This document shows positions 57,762 to 64,000 of a DNA stretch of 64,000 nt, piece after piece (the first letter of the stretch is position 1; the number at the start of each line of letters is the position of its first letter). The DNA is from Vulcanimicrobiota bacterium (GTDB lineage: Bacteria > Vulcanimicrobiota > Xenobia > Xenobiales > JADMJV01): positions 471,659 to 535,658 of the forward strand of contig JBFWNU010000002.1 of assembly GCA_050250895.1 (NCBI GenBank). Reading direction: 5' to 3'. A program made the translations under genes and the position numbers. Below the pieces are notes generated by a model that had not been told where the DNA came from, ran no database searches, and saw only the letters and a program-made list of their open reading frames with translations.

Positions 57762-59185
57762 GTTTCGACCAGCTGATGGGCTGGGTGGAACAAGAACACG
57801 GTTTTCCCGCCCAGCTCGAAGACTTCCATAACCGCCGTTGCGCCTGGCTCTTCGAGCAAGGTCTAGGCCGCGACTTGACCATGCCGGTGACGGTGGTGGC
57901 CGGGTCCTGCGGCAAGGCTTCGACGGCCCGCTTTCTGGCCTTCATCGTCAGGGCCTTGCTGGATGCCACCGGCGAGACGCGACCGCTGGGACTGGGCACC
58001 AAGCCGCCTCTGCAAGAGACCCTGCAAGGCAATCGCGAGCGCTACCAGTTGTTCGAGGCCGGCCAGCCGGTCCCACGCTGGATCGCTCCCCAGGAGTTTA
58101 CTCGACTGGCTGCTCAGCTCCAGGCCCTGGTCGAAGGGCTGCCCGCCGAGCTGGGGCCTTTGGCCGCTTATGATCTGCGCTACTGGTTGTTGGGGCGATT
58201 TTTCGTCGAACAGCAGGTGGCCTTTGGCATCGTCGAGGCCAACATCGGGTTGCGGCTCGATCCCGCTTCGGTCTTTCCCGAGCCCGCCCTGGCTCTGTTG
58301 ACTCCCATTGGCAACGACCACGGAGCCCAACTCAAACCAGACGGAGCGCCCGATTGGCTGGCCCTGCTGGGAGACCGGGCCGGGCCGACCTGGCACAAGG
58401 CCGGCGGTTTGCCGCCCGGGGCGCCGGTAGTGGTCGGCCGTCAGACGATCGCCGTCGAGCAGGCCATCGCCCGCCTTCACCCCCGCAACCTCACCCTGTG
58501 GGAAAGAGACTACGAGGCGACCGAGGTGGTAGCGGGCACGCGGGGCACCACCATGCGACTGCGACTGGGTGAAGAGAGCTTCGAGGTGAGGTTGTCGGTG
58601 GTGGGTCGCTTTCAGGCCGACAATGCCGCCCAGGCGGCTGCCGGCGCCTGGGTGCTGTGGAAAGAGGGCAAGTTGCCGGGCACTTTCGCCCAATTGCGCC
58701 AGGCCGTGGTGACCGGGTTGGAGCGAGCCGATACTCCCGGCCGCCTGCAACTGTATGCCCAGGAGCCGACCACCTACGTTGCCCTGGCCACCGGGTTCAT
58801 CAAGGTCGACACTTTGATGAAAAGCCTCGAAGAATTGCTCGACAGTCATCATCCCGAATCGCGGCTGGTGGTGTGCCTGACCTTTCTGGATCGCATCTTC
58901 GAAGTGCGGCGCTCGTTCGAGCGGATTCTCGAGAGCCCGCGCCTGGAAGCCGCGGTGGTGACCTCGTTCTTTGACGATGACGAGAACCGCGATCTCGCTC
59001 CCGAGGTGTTGGCCGGCTGGGCCGCAGGCAGCGAGGTGCGCGTTTGCCCCGACCCTGGCCAGGCGGTCGAAACGGCGCGCCGTCTGGCCCACCCCGAACG
59101 CGACCTGGTGCTGTTGTTGGGCAACGGACTGTGCCATAGCCTCGACCTTTCGCCCGAGCCGAAACTTCGCGGTAACAAGCTGTAA
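57758..59185 (+). CDS. Divergent FolC/Mur-ligase-superfamily ATP-dependent ligase
   Basis: VAGSCGKAST, VEANIGLRLDP, TPIGNDH, HKAG, GRFQADNA, PGRLQ; lacks DxAHN. Confidence 0.8.
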   Translation: MSFDQLMGWVEQEHGFPAQLEDFHNRRCAWLFEQGLGRDLTMPVTVVAGSCGKASTARFLAFIVRALLDATGETRPLGLGTKPPLQETLQGNRERYQLFEAGQPVPRWIAPQEFTRLAAQLQALVEGLPAELGPLAAYDLRYWLLGRFFVEQQVAFGIVEANIGLRLDPASVFPEPALALLTPIGNDHGAQLKPDGAPDWLALLGDRAGPTWHKAGGLPPGAPVVVGRQTIAVEQAIARLHPRNLTLWERDYEATEVVAGTRGTTMRLRLGEESFEVRLSVVGRFQADNAAQAAAGAWVLWKEGKLPGTFAQLRQAVVTGLERADTPGRLQLYAQEPTTYVALATGFIKVDTLMKSLEELLDSHHPESRLVVCLTFLDRIFEVRRSFERILESPRLEAAVVTSFFDDDENRDLAPEVLAGWAAGSEVRVCPDPGQAVETARRLAHPERDLVLLLGNGLCHSLDLSPEPKLRGNKL

Positions 59186-59210
59186 TACCACCAGCTTATA
59201 GTCTGGGGCT

Positions 59211-60122
59211 GTGCAGATCACCAGCCTGACCCGCAGCTACTCCAGGCCCCAACCACCGATGGCTCGAGCCGAGGTGGCCCCGGCGCGCCTGGATGCTAGC
59301 CTGCTTCGGCCCAAGAACGACCCGGTGGCCGCAGCCGTCAACCGCATGCTCGATGACCCGCTCGAGCCCGCTCTGCGTACCCTGCTGGTCGACGGCCTGC
59401 GTCCTTATGGAGCCGATATCCTCAATCGTCTGGCCGACCACGGGCTCAAGCTCAAGACACCCGCGGAAGGCTATGCCCACTACTCGACCACCGAGCGCAC
59501 CATTACCTATCCTTTGCCCGATCTGCGTCGCGATCAGGAGATTCCGTTTCGTGACTACATGATTTTGCACGAGATGGCCCATGCCATGGACTTTCTGCTC
59601 GAGCCCGCGGGGCCACAGCTCTCCAAACGCGAGGACCTGGGCATCTCGGCTCACCGCGATCGGCTGCGTGGTCTGTACCGGCCGGCTCTGGCCGCCTTCC
59701 AGGCGACCGAAGAACGTCTACGCCGGCAGGGAAAGTGGGGACCGCGCCCGGGAATGCCGCTGGCCCGGGTCTATGGTGAGGACTTCATCACCGTGGTCGA
59801 AAAGGTCACCGGTCGCCAGCTCAGTGAGCGCCCCGGCCGTGGGCATCTGACCATTCTCGATGCCGACACCAATCCCACCGAGTATTTCGCCGACGCGGTC
59901 TACTGCTATCTTCATCACGAGCGGGTCGCCACCCACCGCTATCGTCTGCCCGACGGGCAGATGATTGCCCACCAGTATCCGCCGGATCGCAACCTGCTGG
60001 CCCAACGCGACCCCCGCATGTACGAGGCCCTGGACCGCTTCTTTTCCAGGACCACTCCACACGCCCAGGACCTGGCTATTGGCCAGTCCTCATCGGTCGC
60101 TGGAGCGGATCTTGGCCAGTAG
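59211..60122 (+). CDS. Zincin metallopeptidase (anthrax lethal factor / M34-like)
   Basis: ILHEMAHAMD (HExxH), NPTEYFADAV, L..RDPRMY. Confidence 0.72.
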   Translation: MQITSLTRSYSRPQPPMARAEVAPARLDASLLRPKNDPVAAAVNRMLDDPLEPALRTLLVDGLRPYGADILNRLADHGLKLKTPAEGYAHYSTTERTITYPLPDLRRDQEIPFRDYMILHEMAHAMDFLLEPAGPQLSKREDLGISAHRDRLRGLYRPALAAFQATEERLRRQGKWGPRPGMPLARVYGEDFITVVEKVTGRQLSERPGRGHLTILDADTNPTEYFADAVYCYLHHERVATHRYRLPDGQMIAHQYPPDRNLLAQRDPRMYEALDRFFSRTTPHAQDLAIGQSSSVAGADLGQ

Positions 60123-60842
60123 CCGCAGGATTTCTAGATAGAGCCAGATCAGGGTGACTACCAGGCCGAAGGCCGCGTACCACTCCATGTACTTGGGTGC
60201 GCCATGTTCGACGCCTTGCTCGATAAAGTCGAAATCGAGCACCAGGTTCAGAGCTGCGATGACGACCACGAACAGGCTAAAACCGATCCCTGCCGCCCCC
60301 GCGTCGTGAATGAAAGGCACGTCGGTGCCAAAGAATCGCAGGCCGATACTGACCAGATAGACCAGCGCGATGCCGCCGGTCGCAGCCACCACTCCTAACT
60401 TGAAGTTCTCGGTGGGTTTGATCAATCCGGAACGATAAGCCAGCAGCAGGCAAAAGAGGGTGCCGAAGGTCAGGCCCACGGCCTGCAGCACGATACCGGG
60501 ATAGGCTCGCTCGAAGATCGACGAGAGGGTGCCCAGCACCAGGCCCTCGGCCCCGGCATAAAAGGGCGAGGTATAGGGGGACCACTCTTTCTTGAAGATG
60601 GTGACCAGAGCCAGCACGAAGCCGGTGAGTGAACCCCCGATGCAGACGGGGAAGAGCAGGTCGGGATTGCTGTCGATCAACCCCCACACCGAGCCGGCGG
60701 CGGCTACCACCAGGCACAAAAGGAAGAAGGTGCGATGGACTGTCCCGTCCAGGGACATGCGCTGGGGGACCTCCTGGATGGTGGTTTGCCACTGGGCAAA
60801 GGTGCGTTCACTGAGAGTGGGATTTCCGGTTCTTAACGCCAT
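60090..60842 (-). CDS. Bax inhibitor-1/YccA family membrane protein
   Basis: YAGAEG..LG..S, YPGIVLQAV, NLVLDFD.IE, EWY.AFGL.VTLIWLYLEILRLL. Confidence 0.92.
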   Translation of the reverse strand: MALRTGNPTLSERTFAQWQTTIQEVPQRMSLDGTVHRTFFLLCLVVAAAGSVWGLIDSNPDLLFPVCIGGSLTGFVLALVTIFKKEWSPYTSPFYAGAEGLVLGTLSSIFERAYPGIVLQAVGLTFGTLFCLLLAYRSGLIKPTENFKLGVVAATGGIALVYLVSIGLRFFGTDVPFIHDAGAAGIGFSLFVVVIAALNLVLDFDFIEQGVEHGAPKYMEWYAAFGLVVTLIWLYLEILRLLAKIRSSDR

Positions 60843-60877
60843 AGGGCCAGTATAGCACAGCGCCGAACCCGCTCACG

Positions 60878-61756
60878 ATGAAGATCGCGGCCCGAGTGCT
60901 CATGGGTTGTTTGGTGGCAGCCGTGTTGCTGAGCTACGTTCCCGTCTGGCCGTTGGCCCTGGGCGGCCACTTTCGCGTCCAACAGCTGTTCCTGCTGTTG
61001 GTGCTCACCGGTCTGGTGGCAGCGGCCAAGGAATGGGCCTCGGTGGCGGCCGGCTTGCTGACCAGCCTGCTGGTCTCGGCCAGCTTCCTGCCCTTCTATT
61101 TCGGAGGCCCTCCGGTAGAGGGGCCCACCCGTCGCCTGGTGCTGGTCAACTTTCTTTCAAGTAATCGCAACTACGACATCCTCAAGCAGTTCATCGAGGC
61201 CGAGAATCCAGACTACCTGGCTGTGCTCGAAGTGCGCGAACACCTGGTGCCCACCCTGGAGGGGATGGGATTTCCCTACGGCAAGATTCTGGCCCGCCCC
61301 GATAACTTTGGCATCGCCCTGTTTTCGCGCCACCAGCCGGTCAGCTTCGAGGCCCCAGATTATGGGGCCGGGGTGCCCAGCCTGCTGGCCGACTTCGGTG
61401 ATTTTCGGCTGCTGGCCACCCACCCGCCACCGCCCATCAACTCCACTTATCAGCAGATGGGAGACCGGCACCTGACGGCCCTGGCCGAATGGGTCGAGGG
61501 CACTCCGCTGATTCTGGCTGGAGATCTCAACGCTACCAGCTGGTCGCCCCCTCTGCGTCGCCTCGAGCAAGCCGGTCTGGTCAATTCGCGACGGGGCTTT
61601 GGCGTGCTCACCACCTGGCCCAGCCATCCCCTGTTCTTGCGCATTCCCATTGACCAGGTGCTGGTCAGCCCGACCATCGGCATTGCCGACTGCCGGGTCG
61701 GCCCGGACCTGGGTTCAGACCACCTGCCGCTGGTGGTGGACTTGCGTCTGCCGTAA
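60878..61756 (+). CDS. Endonuclease/exonuclease/phosphatase family membrane protein
   Basis: Three transmembrane segments, N..S.N, LEV, THP.PP, AGDLNA, TWP, IDQVL, GSDHLP. Confidence 0.9.
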   Translation: MKIAARVLMGCLVAAVLLSYVPVWPLALGGHFRVQQLFLLLVLTGLVAAAKEWASVAAGLLTSLLVSASFLPFYFGGPPVEGPTRRLVLVNFLSSNRNYDILKQFIEAENPDYLAVLEVREHLVPTLEGMGFPYGKILARPDNFGIALFSRHQPVSFEAPDYGAGVPSLLADFGDFRLLATHPPPPINSTYQQMGDRHLTALAEWVEGTPLILAGDLNATSWSPPLRRLEQAGLVNSRRGFGVLTTWPSHPLFLRIPIDQVLVSPTIGIADCRVGPDLGSDHLPLVVDLRLP

Positions 61757-61833
61757 CCGCAACACTCTGTTCATCCTCGAGCCCTTGGGCCGCGACTAAG
61801 CTAACCTGGCACGCGGAAGACTTGGAGTCTTTC

Positions 61834-62460
61834 ATGTTAGCCTTGAACACCGGGCGCCAGGCCGTCGAACGCGCCCTTTCCCATTTAGCCGAAGCGCGCC
61901 AGTTTAACGACCGCACCACGGAAGAATCGGATCAAGCCAGCCGGGCTGTGGATGGCTATCGTCCGGCTCTCAGGGCCATCGAGTTCGACCGTAACGACCG
62001 CGATGTCTCAGAACACGGAAGGACCATCCGGCGCATCGCTGGCCAGGCGGCCGACCGGGGTGAGGTCGCCGCCGCCGCCCAGGCCCGCTCCGAGAGCTTG
62101 TTAGCCCAGCTCGACGAGGCCCTGGAGGAGGCCCTGGCCGCTACTCAGGGCAACACGCGGGTGCAATCGAGGCTGCTCTCGGCCCGCCACGATATCCTTT
62201 TTGCCATCGATAGCTGCCACACCATCGAAGTTTGTCTTCATCACGGCACGTCTGCCCTCGGCGACCGGCTCGACCCCTATCTAAACGAGGTCGAAGAAGA
62301 CATGCCCGGGCGCGATGTCGGTCGCTTCGCCGAATCGATCGAAGAGCTGTTGCTCGACGGTCGGCAACGTCTGGGCAGCGGCAAGCTCTTCGGCCAGTCG
62401 GTGGCTCGTTCGCTGCTGAGCGCCGAGCAGTACCTGGTGGCCGCCCGCGACGCCCTCTAG
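61834..62460 (+). CDS. Hypothetical helical protein with a two-fold internal repeat
   Basis: IEFDRNDRDVSEHGRTI versus VEEDMPGRDVGRFAESI. Confidence 0.65.
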   Translation: MLALNTGRQAVERALSHLAEARQFNDRTTEESDQASRAVDGYRPALRAIEFDRNDRDVSEHGRTIRRIAGQAADRGEVAAAAQARSESLLAQLDEALEEALAATQGNTRVQSRLLSARHDILFAIDSCHTIEVCLHHGTSALGDRLDPYLNEVEEDMPGRDVGRFAESIEELLLDGRQRLGSGKLFGQSVARSLLSAEQYLVAARDAL

Positions 62461-62499
62461 AGCCAGAGATTTTTCAGGGTGCTGAGTTAGTCTGGTGGG

Positions 62500-64000
62500 G
62501 TGCAGATTCGTCCCTATGGTCAGGTCGGACCACGCCTAACCCGACGCCTGGCTCAGCCGGCCCGGGCTGCCATCGGTTCCAGCGACACCGTCAGCTTGGC
62601 TGTTGGACGGTCAGGCCATGCACCGGTGCCGGTGGCAACGGCCGCGGCGGCGGCCGTGGGGGGACCGGTGGGTCCAACCCTGGCCGAGCGCCTCAAGGAG
62701 CTGCCGGTCGAATACCACCTGAAGAAATGGTTGCGCCTTCCGTTCTGCTCGCCCACCGAGCGGATCACGCCACACCACGCGGCCCAGGCGCTCCAGAACG
62801 TGCCCCACCGTCTGCTGGTCAAAGAGGGTGAGGGCGACCCGGTTCCCCTCAGTAGCCTCGACGACGTGAAGGAACTCGAGGTGTTTTATGGCCTGCGCGA
62901 GCCTTTCGACAAATTGAGCGAGGTTCTTTGCGACACCAGGCTCGAGCCCTATGCCTGGCAAACGCAGGTGACGGCCTACCAGGCCTACAATCTGGCCCAG
63001 AACGGGTGGCCTGAGGCTAAAGTCGAGCCCCAACGCATCACTCTGTTGCGCCAGGGCTTGCCGGTGGCCAACCTCGAGGCCGGTAACCTGGTGCGCGAAC
63101 TGGCCACCGTGCCCTCCAAGAGCCAGGAAATCGACGCCGTTCAGACTCCCGAGCAGCGCCTGACCTATGTGGCCGGCTACAGCAATGACGAGACCATCGC
63201 CGGTCGACTGGGGCAAGCCGGAATGGGTCAGTGGGCTGAGACCATCCAGGAGTTGGCGCGAGACAGCGATCTCGAGACCGCGGCCCGCCTGATGACTACC
63301 ATCGGATTGAGTGACCCTGAGTTTAGCAGCAAGCTCAAGGTAGCCAGTCCGTTCCTCAAAGATCTCGTCTCGGCTCAGAAGTTGCTCGACCTTTATACCA
63401 AAGCACGCCAGGGCGGCGCTTCGGCCGAGCGAGCCAGCCAAACCCTGGCCAGATTTAGCGCCCTGGCAGTTGGCCGCAATTCGGCGGCCCTGGGCTACGC
63501 CGAGGACCTGACCTCGGACCTCGGGTCGTTGGCGGTCTTCAACGACTGTCTCGAGCGACTCTCTGGGGAAGAGGCGGCTCGACTACACCGAGTGCTCGGC
63601 AACAGCAAACTCCAGCCCGGCGACCACTTTCGCCTGCTCGAGCGGACTCCCGCCTTTGGCAAGGAGTATGGCCAGCCGCTGTATACCCGCCCCGAAGCCG
63701 CCTCGGTTTTCGCCCGAGGCCTTACCGGAGTGCTCGAGGCCGGTCGCTCGGCCGATGAAGCGGTGGAGGTTGCCCAGCGTCTTTGGGCCGGAGTGTCGCA
63801 GCTCGACCGCGCTGGTGACTATCTCGAGCCGGCCTGGAACGAGGCAGCCAAACTGGCCGCTGATCCCAAGTCACTCGAACTGTATGCGTCTTTGGTCGAG
63901 GCCAAGTTTCACCCCGAAGCGGCCGCTCACTTGCAAGGGGTGATGAGGGCCACCGGAGCCACCTCGGCCGACTTGAAGTCCATGCAGGCCCTCGATCTGA
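62500..64000 (+). CDS. Large hypothetical protein (runs off the right edge)
   Basis: GTG start (MQIRPYG..SDTVSL) with TAGTCT-N6; the same frame is still open at the window end (..KSMQALDL). Confidence 0.75.
   Translation, partial: MQIRPYGQVGPRLTRRLAQPARAAIGSSDTVSLAVGRSGHAPVPVATAAAAAVGGPVGPTLAERLKELPVEYHLKKWLRLPFCSPTERITPHHAAQALQNVPHRLLVKEGEGDPVPLSSLDDVKELEVFYGLREPFDKLSEVLCDTRLEPYAWQTQVTAYQAYNLAQNGWPEAKVEPQRITLLRQGLPVANLEAGNLVRELATVPSKSQEIDAVQTPEQRLTYVAGYSNDETIAGRLGQAGMGQWAETIQELARDSDLETAARLMTTIGLSDPEFSSKLKVASPFLKDLVSAQKLLDLYTKARQGGASAERASQTLARFSALAVGRNSAALGYAEDLTSDLGSLAVFNDCLERLSGEEAARLHRVLGNSKLQPGDHFRLLERTPAFGKEYGQPLYTRPEAASVFARGLTGVLEAGRSADEAVEVAQRLWAGVSQLDRAGDYLEPAWNEAAKLAADPKSLELYASLVEAKFHPEAAAHLQGVMRATGATSADLKSMQALDL

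Noticed and set aside
1-64000. tRNA, rRNA or CRISPR arrays
   Set aside because: None recognised by eye; intergenic gaps are short and lack cloverleaf or repeat-spacer patterns.

Overview
High-GC bacterial chromosomal window; some gene families suggest a Terrabacteria lineage such as Eremiobacterota/Vulcanimicrobiota, which is only an inference. Bases 1-9.4 kb are a decayed polymorphic-toxin region: orphan RHS/YD fragments and toxin-tip/immunity pairs interleaved with two full-length and two partial DUF222-like HNH endonuclease genes, plus a LysR-ycaC islet. The rest is mostly core-like genes: PLP trans-sulfuration enzyme, LCP, rsmA, GST, GmhB-like, TerB, FecCD/ABC, ATP-grasp, sdpR-sdpI, USP, P-type ATPase, sirtuin, clpB, BI-1 and EEP. 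The unusual items are: (i) a dispersed family of divergent Hsp90/HtpG-like proteins, including a 1459-aa protein with about five tandem middle-domain-like repeats and a stand-alone copy of its C-terminal domain; (ii) an opine dehydrogenase-EamA-divergent FolC-like ligase operon behind a structured leader; (iii) a PqqD/RRE-like, twin-arginine, 18-Cys fusion protein; (iv) a bacterial translin/TRAX homologue; (v) a 158-bp MITE, an orphan Phd antitoxin and a two-lipoprotein cassette bracketed by diverged direct repeats; (vi) frequent leaderless promoters (TAnnnT-N6-start). No rRNA, tRNA or CRISPR array was seen. All calls come from reading motifs by eye; no database search was run.
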